Part shown: piece by piece, positions 40,314-52,500 of the stretch | How the letters are laid out: every line of letters starts with the position of its first letter | How positions within the stretch are numbered: the first letter of the stretch is position 1 | Origin: Phoronis australis | Taxonomy: Eukaryota; Animalia; Phoronida | Reading direction: 5' to 3' | DNA length: 64,000 nucleotides | Assembly: GCA_002633005.1 (NCBI GenBank) | Contig: NMRA01000044.1 | Coordinates: 902,074 to 966,073 of the forward strand | The notes under the pieces: generated by a model | Told to the model about the DNA's origin: nothing | Seen by the model: the letters and a program-made list of their open reading frames with translations, nothing else | The model's database searches: none | Translations under genes and position numbers: made by a program

Positions 40314-42249
40314 GGTTATGTCCAACCTTGTTTAGTGGCCTCCATTCTAACACTTATATCAAAAAAACTAAGCTTTGTCAACTAGTAAAAGTAAATATTT
40401 TCTGAAAGAACAAAGACCAGGAAATATAAATATACTTTTTATATTTATTTGTCATTATTATTTTTACGTAAAAACCTTTTTTAAGTAAAAATTTCATTTT
40501 TAAGAAAGGTACTTTCATAGCAAAATAACCACTCGGTCGATTTTAACGAAACCTTTTTTAAATGAAAACTTCATCAATTACCTCAAAAACGCTGTTAGAA
40601 ATTTTGGATTAGTTTGTTCGTTTGGTTTCTATGACAAATAAACTCGCAAAACATAAGGTATTTTTGTAAAAAATTGAAGTTGTATTCGTCTTTGCCACTT
40701 TACACAAAAACTAAGCTTTTATATTAAAAATCCTAACAGTGTTTTTGAGATTGGTGACTAAATATTAAGTTTGGAAAGTTTCAGCGAAATCCATCGAGCC
40801 ATTTTCGAGAACTCGTGTTCCTAAGTTCAAATAAAGTCGATTTGCCGAAGCCGAGAAAAAGCCGATTAAACTGGGACACGTGAAAATCTCTAAGTCTTTG
40901 GTTAATTATTCTGTGAAAACTTTTTTTCGGTATACATAAAATATAGAATCCTTAACTATGTCACCTATTTCAATGTTTTCTTGCAATGTCAACTAATTTT
41001 GCAGTGCCTAACTAACTTAAATATCATTAAAACCTCAAATAGACCTATCTTTCGCAGCCAACTTCTGCCGTTTTGTACGACCTACTTAGAAAAGTAGGTC
41101 ACAGTTCATAGCCTGTACACGTCACGTGCTGAGAGACTGATACCAAAGCAAGTAAGAAATGGATAACAAAAATTGAATTGGTGGTTAAAGTAAGTCGTTA
41201 ACATGAAATCAAAATATCGAAATGTTAACTTAATAATTGAATTAAGGAATAAGGGGGAGGATTTATCTCTTTTCACAACTTTCTGTGTTCATGACCAGAC
41301 TGAGGCCTGAGGCAACTCGTAGCATTCGTTTTCAACGTCAACGGTCGTATGCATGTAAACGCACAACGCCCTTAGGATCAAAACTACGTTTTGTCTTCGT
41401 TTTCCCCGGCACCATTCTATCATAACCACACCTCGTTGGTTCAATGTTATGGCGAATTTGTGAATGAAAGGACTGAGGGTATACCAAAGCTGTTCTATAC
41501 CTGGCGGGAGACTCGATTTACTTGAAAGCCCTTTAACCTTTGACCGTGGATAAGTGGTAAACAAATATCCACGCGGTTGTGCGGTTTCAAGGTGGTTCTG
41601 CTAAATCTTTTTTTTCTCGCTACGCAGTATATATTTCGTATTTGAAGTTCCCCGAGAATGAAGATAAGGTATTTTGCTAGACACAAGTGAAATTTTGTAA
41701 AAATGGCCAATTTTTGTGAATAAGGTTGGAAATATCCTTAAGGTAACATAAGACCGTGTCAACAAGTCTGAGTATTCAGTCAAATGTCCACAAAACTGTT
41801 GATTTTAACTCAATAAAAGTATACATTTTCCGAAAGCAGAAATACTGCAGAATTTGATTTTTGAGTTTTTACCAATCTGTCATTGATTGGATCAGGTGAC
41901 CAGACCAATTCTTTTTTAGAAAAATCAAGCTACAAGATGATCAAATTTTATTGCTTATATAAATGTTCAGTCATATTTCAAAAACTTTGTTTCACTTTTG
42001 AAAAATATTACATTTTTTTGTTTTATGCAACTTTAAGAATTTTTTAAGAAAATCATGAAGTGTTATTTTTTAAAGCCACCTCATGCAAAAGTGGAACTTA
42101 TCAAATCAATTTTAACAGTGTTTTCGAGAACAGTGCTCATAAAGCATAATATCTAATAGTTTCGTATGAATTCGTAACTGTCCCACGTCTGAGATACGAT
42201 GTTCTGAACTTTAAGCCAGACTTGGACATTTTTAGGGTCCGACATAACA
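40314..42249. mobile_element. Non-autonomous Kolobok-like DNA transposon, about 1.9 kb
   Basis: TTAA|GGTTATGTCCAACC ... GGTCCGACATAACA|TTAT; right arm similar to 60300-60750 (CCTCATGCAAAAGTGG, AAAGCATAATATCTAA). Confidence 0.6.
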
Positions 42250-44621
42250 TTATGGTAGTTTAGCTGGCTGCAAGTACACCAATACATTTGGAGACGGAGG
42301 AGCTCGAAATTCACTCTAGGTGTCACAAGTGAAGCAAAGGACATTACCGCAGAAATGCCCTCATTCAGGCAAATCACGTGGGTCCCTTATCGCACAAACG
42401 ACACGCTGATGAACTGCATTCTGCTCTCAGTCTATTCAAACATTAATAAAAGGGTTTTTATTCCTGACCGCCACCTTGTGGACATCGAGTCGCTCAGTGA
42501 GAGAATGTCAGTCACCAAGTGCTTTCAACATTTTTGTTGGCATTGTCGCACTTATGACAGGCTTCTCCTCTGTTACAGAGAACATTTCGACATCTCATTA
42601 CCAGTCAACAGAGTGATACAGAACTTTGAACAATTATTTTTACCATGTACTGTAGGATAACCAGCTGTGAGATTTGTTAACACATGATCACTTAATTATT
42701 CCATTGAATAAATTGATCGTGAGGTGATAAATAATTCATGATAATTTTAAGTACCAGGAAGGGCAAATAACATGAAGGTTTAATTAAAAAGTGTAACTTA
42801 TTTAAGCTGTCTTAAAATTGTAAATATTTAATTTGTTGTAAGCGCCACCTTGTGACTTCCTGGAGAACTGTGTGTACAAGTAGTAATACAGAAAACAATT
42901 TGTAAATAAATTACGGTTCTAAAAAACACCACAACTGATACACTTAAAAACAATAATTGTAAATGTATAGAAACCCTAGTTATTCCAAATATTATGCAAT
43001 CGTTGTTTGATAGTGAAATGAACAAACAATAAAAACTGGGCTTTTTTTCATTAGGGTAACAATGACATATTACCATACTCCTTCACATAAAAATAGCATC
43101 GCAAAACAACACTTTCAAGAAATTGTAATGCTAGCTGGTTCTCGGATGGTTTCCAGCACCGGCAGACCCAGGGTTGTTTGTAAAGTAGTACTTCATTTGC
43201 ATATTCACAATTTAATGAGGCACAGCACCTTTAAGCAAGATTATGCAGGTCCCTAGAAAAATTCCAGAAATGGCCGATCCGATTCATACGGTATTACATT
43301 TTTACATACAACACTTTAAGCATTGTTCTCACAAATGCTGCTTTTAAAATGTTTTACTTTTGTATGAGCAATAAAAATAGGACTTTCAAAAAAAAACAAT
43401 AACTTAGAAATCTGCGACAGAGCTTTTGAGTTTTCATCATGAACAATTATATCAAATGAAATTTAATTATATAATTGATACAATTAGGAACCAGTAAATA
43501 GTTCCTAGTATCAATGAACTTTTCTTTTTGCTAAATTTTACCAGAAAGATCAAGATGCTCACATGACCCAATTCAACTGGCAGTTAGGAAAAACGCAAAA
43601 AATCAAATTCCACATGTTTTCTTACTGGGTTAAAATATATACTTGTAGATACTTGGCCATAAATATTTAGACTTGTCGATAAGCGACTCCATAATCTTAA
43701 CAAAGTAATCAATTATCACAAGTTTCTTTACCTCAACATTTTTTCAATCATGGCAGTATCTTTAGTGGTCTAGGTAATTTAATTAGACTTTCCAATAACT
43801 GGACCTCCTGTAGAAAAACTGGCTGTTAACACTGAGTAGAATCAGATTTCAAATGGTCTTTTCTCTCCGTGGATTTAGCCGATTAGAAGTTGATTGGAAC
43901 TTCAGGTGTATGATCTACCTGTAGGGAGTTCCCCTGCAGTAGCTCATGGGGTAATCAACCATAAGGTTTATTAGGATTATCCCCTTAACTAACTTGTGAC
44001 ATTTTTTTTGGATGTTGCCAAAACAGGCTTTCTTGGTAACTTGACATATCTGATCACACAAGTGTGACAAAATGTCAAACTTAGTTCTTTCACACTCCCA
44101 TAGGTAAAACCTTCACATCTACAAACAACACCAAACTGTTATTTCTGAAGTCCATAATAGGACAACAAGACATACACACACAACCCTCAGGCTTGGGAGT
44201 AAATCCTTAGTGCAAACAGATTTAACTGTCAAATACTTTTAATTATTCATAATCTGCCAGTCAAATGTGTGTTTATTTTAAACTTAAGATGTCATTAAAG
44301 CTTTAAGCCACATGGAAAATTTCCACTTCAGTTCATTTGAACTGAGCAGTGCAGTGTGCCTTTGTGCCTTATGGTTTTGGCAACAATAGGTCTTCCAGTA
44401 TATGGGCATGCCTTCTGTTACTTGACTATTACCAGCAGACCTTGTATTCCACTCAGCACATTCCCCTGGCAACTGAATGAAACATGAAACTAGAAAATTT
44501 GAATTATTGGACGTTTAATATTGGTATTTCAGTATTATTGACATTTTTTTCTGGTAAATTCAAACCTCAATACGCCCCAGACTTCAAGAACAAGAACATA
44601 TACCACCGGGGAAAGCACCAG

Positions 44622-45022
44622 GGCCCGGTCTCTAATCTTTGTACTCGAAACGAACTCGAAACTATTTTTGGCAATTTCTCTGCTCCTTTTGTGCGAACTT
44701 AAGATAATTGGTTATCAGACTGTGCTCGAATACATTATAGTTTATGCATAGGAGTTTCTAGTTCAAGTTTGCCCTTGAAGACCCTTGTATTCGTGCTACA
44801 AACTCGAGTAAAAACTCGAAACTTCGAGTTCAAACTCGAACTTATTGCTTTAATATTGGGTTTACAAACTGTGAACTAAGGGCAATAAATAATCTCCGTA
44901 AGTTATTGTGTACTCGAGCATAGAATAATAGACACTTATCTTGAGTTCGCCCAAAAGTAGCGTAAAAAATGCCAAACCTAATTTCGAGTTCCATTTCGAG
45001 TAAAAAGATTGGAGACCGGGCC
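44622..45022. mobile_element. PIF/Harbinger-like MITE, 401 bp, polymorphic insertion
   Basis: CAG|GGCCCGGTCTCTAATCTTT ... AAAGATTGGAGACCGGGCC|CAG; long imperfect palindromic arms; absent at the matching site 50232-50234. Confidence 0.92.
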
Positions 45023-45183
45023 CAGGTTTCCTACTTAAAAACTCTCTGTGAAACTTGTGTTCACCACCACAGCAATGTTAATGAGATTTTGAATTGAACA
45101 GTACGTGGATTTCATTCGCAACAAACAAACACGGACAAAAAATACTTGTCTACATGTGCTGTTATTGTTAGGTGTTGTGCATN

Positions 45184-48100
45184 AAAGGGCTGCTTGACAC
45201 AGGTCAGTTTGCTCCGTGTCAGTTGCGCCGGGCCAAAAGTTGATGTCTAAATGGGACTTATGAAGAGTTACAACCAGGTTTAGTTGGTCTGAACTTTACT
45301 GACATGATCTGTGGCATTTTTGTGAACAGTCCTTTAAGCATCTGACCGAGCCTCCTAGTCCAATCTCTTTAAATACTAATTCCACATCTGAATACTGTTA
45401 TAGTTTTGTCTTCAGAGTCCGTAATGTATCCCATGTGGTTAGCTGGTCTGGATGCTGGGGCACTCACCTTCCCATTTGGAAAAAAGTCACCCCCTCCGGA
45501 AAATTAACAGCATCTGACATCAACATGAATCACAATTTGGATGATGGACCTAACGTAAAAAATTAAGATGAAAATTAAAAAATGAATTTGAAAACAAACA
45601 GCATAAGGAGACCTATAACGTGACTGTAATTAGGGCCAAGATTGTACACTTCGGCTGTTACTCAGTCTTGGTAAACCGTAGCTTAATTAAAATTAACTGG
45701 TGGTCATTTCATTCCAACAGGGCGTTAGACTGTGAGTAGGACCTCTTCAAAATGACCATCCCCGGACTTTACTGCATCATGATTAAATTTTGTGGACTAA
45801 AATCACAAACAAAATCACGTTCATAAGATACTGAGCAGTACCAACCATTTGTGGATTATGAGAATTAGTAAAAAGAGATACAGCACTCCTGAACAGATTT
45901 AATAGACAACTTATAATTAGTATACATTGTTAATTAGTCCTTCCTTCTAATATGTAGTGTTGAAAATCTGACTCTTTTTATTGCTCACAATCTTGCGTTG
46001 GTTGCATTCAAGAAGACAATATACAATCTTTTAATCCATGCAGTAACTGTCTGATTCTGGACAGAAGTAGAACACATAAATTCTGCATCAAAACATTGTT
46101 TCATTTCTTCAACCATAGGTGTGCTCATTTTCAATCACCAATGTATTACCCGTAGATAAAATTTAACTTTGGACAACAAATCTTACCCAAATTTTTACAC
46201 CTAAGTTTGTTGCTATGAATACTGAAATTTTAACAAATGTTCAGAAAAAAGTTAAGCCAACATTTATTCTTGCTGAGAAATTTGACAAAAAACGACAATC
46301 CCTTTTTCTGTCATATTCTATTTTTAAACTGTGCAATCTAAATAGTTGCACAGTTTCTAATCAAAAGCAATACTCTGATGATTTGAATGTGTTATCATTA
46401 GAAGGGAACTGCTAAAACATCTAGATACTAATTTTGTGGAAATAATAAGATTTTAATCTACCATAGCAATCTGTGCTACGAAAGCCCCAGGTGAGCAGAT
46501 TAACCTAAAAAATACTAACACTGTATCAAAATCCTAGAGACAGAGAAAAGGGACTTAATCAAAATAAACACAGGTGAGGAGACTGTCGATATAATTTAAT
46601 CAATTTGTTTTACCTGGACTTACAGGTAATAATATCTCCAGATTACCAACGAGATAAGGAACTACAGAACTGATTTAAGACAATTTCCTTTTCCATATTA
46701 TCAGACAAAGTATCAAAATGCTACCAAAGTCTGGCATTACCATACAAAAAATCAGCTCAAAAAAGTTATAAATGGGCTCTGTGATTAAGCCATCAAACCA
46801 TTTCCCAAAAAGAGACAGTCACAAAATGATAAATGATGATTGTTTGTATTTTATTTGGGTGCCAAGAAGAAGACCAAAATAGGTACATACATACTCAAAT
46901 AACCCAATTCCTGCACTCATTCAAGAAAGAGGGCTGAACAGTGTTTATGGGTAGACTCCATGAATCTCAAAAGCATCATGGTTACATTCAAAGGACAAGC
47001 AGAAACTTTTCAATACAGCAATGGGAATTGTTAGAATATAGTGCACACACCATAAATAATTGGACAAAATGTCACAAATGAGTGTGACGAGAGAAATTTC
47101 CACGTCACGACAGGCGCCACGAATTCACAACCAAGAAGAACACACAGCTGGAATGATGAGTCATACAGTGTGTGCCAAAAGTATCCAGACAAAATGGCCC
47201 CGAATTCCCTGTAATGACGTCTGGGTGGAAGCCGCAATCATCTTCGGAGTAATCCTCCCTCATGACCGAGAATGACAGGAAATTAAACGGAATTTTAATA
47301 AGATGGCTTAAAGCCAAGATGCTATAATTACAATTTTACCCGCCACTTTTTTTACCACTCCTTGGTGTTAACAGAATTAACCGTCATGGCAGCGAAAACG
47401 TTTTTTTGTCTTATTAATTTTTTCTTGTACTGTAAGTGATGCAGTGGTTTTCACTGCCTGTTTCAACATGTCCCCATTACTTGTTTGCCAGCAGTTGTGA
47501 CAGGTTTGAATGGCCCGTGACCTGTTTGGAAAAATAGCAACCAGTTTGGAAGAGAGGCATCACCATTGCTAACCACTGCTTTAAATTGCAACAATAACTG
47601 GCTATAGCCCATTGAAACTTATAAAGGCCAATTAGTGGGTACCACAAGGCAGGTAAATGTGCACTTAAGGTTATGTCCAACCTTATTTGGTGGCCTCCAT
47701 TCTAACACTTATATCAAAAAAAATAAGCTTTGTCAACTAGTAAAAGTAAATATTTTATGAAAGAACAAAGACCAGGAAATATAAATATACTTTTTGCATT
47801 TATTTGTCATTACTATTTTTACGTAAAAACCTTTTTTAAGTAAAAATTTCCTTTTTAAAAAAGGTACATTCACAGCAAAATAACCCCTCGGTTGATTTTA
47901 ACGAAACCTTTTTTAAATGAAATCTTCATCCATTACCTCAAAAACGCTGTTACGAATTTTCGATTAGTCTGTTCGTTTGGTTTCTATGACAAATAAACTC
48001 GCAAAACGTAAGGTATTTTTGTAAAAAATTGAAGCCGTATTCGTCGCCACTTTACACAAAAACTAAGCTTTTATATTAAAAATCCTAACAGTGTTTTTGA

Positions 48101-50391
48101 GATTGGTGACTAAATATTAAGTTTGGAAAGTTTCAGCGAAATCAATCAAGCCATTTTCCAGAACTCGTGTTCCTAAGTTCAAATAAAGTCGATTTGCCGA
48201 AGCCGAGAAAAAGCTGATTAAACTGGGACACGTGAAAATCTCTAAGTCTTTGGTTAATTATTCTGTGAAAACTTGTTTTCGGTATACATAAAATATAGAA
48301 TCCTTAACTATGTCACCTATTTCAATGTTTTCTTGCAATGTCAACTAATTTTGCAGTGTGTAACTAACTTAAATATCATTAAAACCTCAAATAGACCATT
48401 GATTGGATCAGGTGACCAGACCAAAATCAAGCTACAAGATGATCAAATTTTATTGCTTATAAATGTTCACAGTCATATTTCAAAAACTTTGTTTCACTTT
48501 TGAAAAATATTACATTTTTTTGTTTTCTGCAACTTTTAGAATTTTTTAAGAAAATCAAGAAGTGTTAATTTTTAAAGCCATCTCATGCAAAAGTGGAACT
48601 TATCAAATCAATTTTAGCCGTGTTTTCGAGAACAGTGCTCATAAAGCATAATATCTAATAGTTTCGTATGAATTCTTAACTTTCCCACGTCTGAGATACG
48701 ATGTTCTGAACTTTAAGCCAGACTTGGACATTTTTAGGGTCCGACATAACATTATGGTAGTTTAGCTGGCTGCAAGTACACCGATACATTTGGAGACGGA
48801 GGAGCTCGAAATTCACTCTAGGTGTCACAAGTGAAGCAAAGGACTTTACCACAGAAATGCCCTCATTCAGGCAAATCACGTGGGTCCCTTATCGCACAAA
48901 CGACACGCTGATGAACTGCATTCTGCTCTCAGTTTATTCAAAAATTAATAAAAGGGTTTTTATTCCTGAGCGCCACCTTGTGGATATCGAGTCGCTCAGT
49001 GAAAGAATGTCAGTCACCAAGTGCTTTCAACATTTTTGTTCGCATTGTCGCACTTATGACAGGCTTCTCCTCTGTTACAGAGAACATTTCGACATCTCAT
49101 TACCAGTCAACAGAGTGATACAGAACTTTGAACAATTATTTTTACCATGTACTGCAGGATAACCAGCTGTGAGATTTGTTAACACATGATCACATAATTA
49201 TTCCATAGAATAAATTGATCGTGAGGTGATAAATAATTCATGATAATTTTAAGTACCAGGAAGGGCAAATAACATGAAGGTTTAATTAAAAAGTGTAACT
49301 TATTTAAGCTGTCTTAAAATTGTAAATATTTAATTTGTTGTAAGCGCCACCTTGTGACTTCCTGGAGAACTGTGTGTANGTGGTCTAGGTAATTTAATTA
49401 GACTTTCCAATAACTGGACCTCCTGTAGAAAAACTGGCTGTTAACACTAGGTAGAATCAGATTTCAAACAGTCTTTTCTCTCCGTGGATTTAGCTGATTA
49501 GAAGTTGATTGGAACTTCAGGTGTATGATCTACCTGTATGGAGTTCCCCTGCAGTAGCTCATGGGGTAATCAACCACAAGGTTTATTAGGATTATCCCCT
49601 TAACTAACTTGTGACATTTTTTGGATGTTGCCAAAACAGGCTTTCTTGGTAACTTGACATATCTCATCACACAAGTGTGACAAAATGTCAAACTTAGTCC
49701 TTTCACACTCCCATAGGTAAAACCTTCACATCTACAAACAACACCAAACTGTTATTTCTGAAGTTCATAATAGGACAACAAGACATACACACACAACCCT
49801 CAGGCTTGGGAGTAAATCCTTAGTGCAAACAGATTTAACTGTCAAATACTTTTAATTATTCATAATCTGCCAGTCAAATGTGTGTTTATTTTAAACTTAA
49901 GATGTCATTAAAGCTTTAAGCCACATGGAAAATTTCCACTTCAGTTCATTTGAACTGAGCAGTGCCAGTGTGCCTTTGTGCCTTATGGTTTTGGCAACAA
50001 TAGGTCTTCCAGTTTATGGGCATGCCTTCTGTTACTTGACTATTACCAGCAGACCCTGTATTCCACTCAGCACATTCCCCTGGCAACTGAATGAAACATG
50101 AAACTAGAAAATTTGAATTATTGGACGTTTAATATTGGTATTTCAGTATTATTGACATTTTTTCTGGTAAATTCAAACCTCAATACGCCCCAGACTTCAA
50201 GAACAAGAACATATACCACCGGGGAAAGCACCAGGTTTCCTACTTAAAAACTCTCTGTGAAACTTGTGTTCACCACCACAGCAATGTTAATGAGATTTTG
50301 AATTGAACAGTACGTGGATTTCATTTGCAACAAACAAACACGGACAAAAAATACTTGTCTACATGTGCTGTTATTGTTAGGTGTTGTGCAT
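45184..50391. repeat. Copy B of the duplication
   Basis: Begins right after N 45183 with the sequence of 37817; N at 49379 replaces about 0.9 kb of copy A; scattered SNPs and small indels. Confidence 0.9.
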
Positions 50392-50499
50392 AATACTAGC
50401 CTGGTGGAGACTGCCAATGACAATTCTGCGCAACTTGGGAGGATGGGAACACTGGTAAACTATGTTGCATCGAAACAAGGTATATCAAACTGTACATAC

Positions 50500-50700
50500 C
50501 TTTGTGTCTAACCTGCATTTGTTCAACTTCAAACGGAATCCAGCTTTCAGGAATTCCCCTTGGCACTGAGTGCAGTTTTGTAGATTGTTGAGAACGGGAT
50601 ATCCATGTCCGTGTTTTGATTGAGAATGGAAACAGTATACGGCACTTGGATCATTGTAAGCGACTTCACACAATGTTAATAATTCTTGATAGTACGCCAT
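50500..50700 (-). CDS. Unknown gene, candidate first coding exon V1a: MAYYQELLTLCEVAYNDPSAVYCFHSQSKHGHGYPV...CRLDTK
   Basis: ATGG start, 67 open codons, AAG|gtatgt phase-0 donor matching the 31615 acceptor; next to a CpG-richer promoter-like region. Confidence 0.6.
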
Positions 50701-50749
50701 AAGGTAAATTTGTCACCTGAGATTACCCATCCTCACAAACTATCACCGT

Positions 50750-51200
50750 TCTCATACAAGGTATTGACGTTTTCGGAAGAACAACGCCGCTGCACCTTTC
50801 CGAGTTGCTTCAAAAATTCGCGTGTATCGTCTCGCCATCTGGTGTCTCATTTCAGACTCACGTAGCAGACGAAATCGGAAAATGGTTACAAATACGCATC
50901 ACCACGCCGTAAATATCAAAAATAACCTGCTTTCATTTATAGAACCGACCTTAAAAGATGCGAGAGAATCAAAAAAATTAAGTGCAACAAGACAAAAAAA
51001 TCCCAATTGTAAGACGAAATTGACATTTTTGTAGCAAAAATGAGCGTGTCGCAAACAATGCAAAAAGAAAAAAATAGACTACTCTTTGGCCGACTGACCT
51101 ACCGGTGCCGGTACCCGTCTCGGAGGAATGAAGGTAGAATTGGGGGAAACAAAAATATTTTTAAAAAGGGCTTATAAATAAGAAGAAGGGTAGTCAAGGT
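50750..51200 (-). promoter_or_regulatory. Probable promoter/5' UTR of the unknown gene
   Basis: Local CpG enrichment directly upstream of the first candidate exon and downstream of the FTSJ1 3' end. Confidence 0.4.
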
Positions 51201-52039
51201 TGCCATCACGGGCCCCTCCAAAAGTTAGGATTTACATCAAATAATAAAACGCAAATTCAAAACAACGTAAAAAGAAAGAGAGATGACCACATTACCCCTT
51301 GCCAGAGAGGGGAGAAATGCAGCTTTGTATTCTTTAAAATTTGCCCTCTAACTTTGAATCTTAATCAGTTAGCTCTAAACCATGTAATGTGTAATTTTTT
51401 GAAGTATACATGAAGAGCACATTTTCAATTAGCGAGTGAGCGTACACGGCATATGCATGTGTGTCTTTTTTCTTAAACTGCGAGCGCCTAACAAAAATGC
51501 CCAGACCAAGGTTATAAAAATGAATCCAGAACTGGTAGTAGACAAATGTTCTTGAAATTTGTCTCTCTTCAGTGGCATGCTTCGCACCGTCTTTCTTTTC
51601 TTTTATAAACGGGATAATATTTATCATGTGACGCAAAACATATACATAGCCTACCGAGCATTCAGTGAACAAACACAGAAACCGCAGGGCATTACATATC
51701 TGGGTTGGACTAATTACAGTTTATGCATATAAAATAAAAGTCAAATATACTGTACTCACAAGCATTGTATACAATTGAAATACAGTGATGGGGCCTAATG
51801 ATACAATGTGATGAATAATTCAAAGAACGTCTGTGCTATGAGAACCTGGGAATCATGTGAATCAATAAGCCAATCTGAATTACAATTCGAACGCAACAGA
51901 AACTGCAAGAACTACTGCTCACGGGATTAATAAAGAAATTCGATAGTGAAATGTTCCAGATTAAGATTTCCCCGAACAACAGTAGAACAGGAAGGGACAA
52001 TCTGATTACCAAAGTTTCCGGAAGAGCGAGTCGCATTCA

Positions 52040-52500
52040 GTTCCATTGAGTCTAAAGTTGAAAAAAAAATGGGCATGCGATTGGGTGTCATCATACTTCT
52101 AGTAAGGGAAAATGTTGTTAAAGCGAGAATTGCTTCACTGAAAATTTGTTTGAGTTTAAGAAAAGACCACATTTGGACACGGATACGCCTACCGGTGTGC
52201 TCCCTAGTCAGGGCAATTTTAGTTCCTTTACATATGCCAGGCTTCTTGACAGATTTTCGTGAAATTTGGTAAATATGTGCTTTTGGAGACCGTGGCACCT
52301 TCCCAGTACGGAATCCTCGCAATCTGAGTCTCCTAGTGGTCATTTTTATTATTTTTGTGTCTTTTTGATAAATTTCACAGATACGTTGAGGTGAGCATGA
52401 CCCATGACGTTGATTTTCCAACAGGTTAAAATACCGTGACGCCCCCCTACTGGCAATCTAGGCTCTCTTTGCATCTATACGTACCAAGTTTCCTTGTTGG
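52040..52500 (-). mobile_element. HINE-like repeat copy, reverse orientation
   Basis: Reverse strand has TACCAAATTTCACGAAAATC and AAAATGACCACTAGG units as in 23664-25056. Confidence 0.55.

Larger units (their letters stand above)
37817..45182. repeat. Copy A of a multi-kb near-identical duplication (probable uncollapsed haplotype)
   Basis: Colinear with 45184-50391; bounded by single N at 45183; another N at 38126. Confidence 0.9.

Noticed and set aside
42355-42660. 101-aa ORF present twice (also 48857-49162)
   Set aside because: Conservation is explained by the duplicated haplotype; no splice or domain support.
51927-52421. 164-aa minus-strand ORF
   Set aside because: Runs through the HINE-like repeat units; not gene-like.
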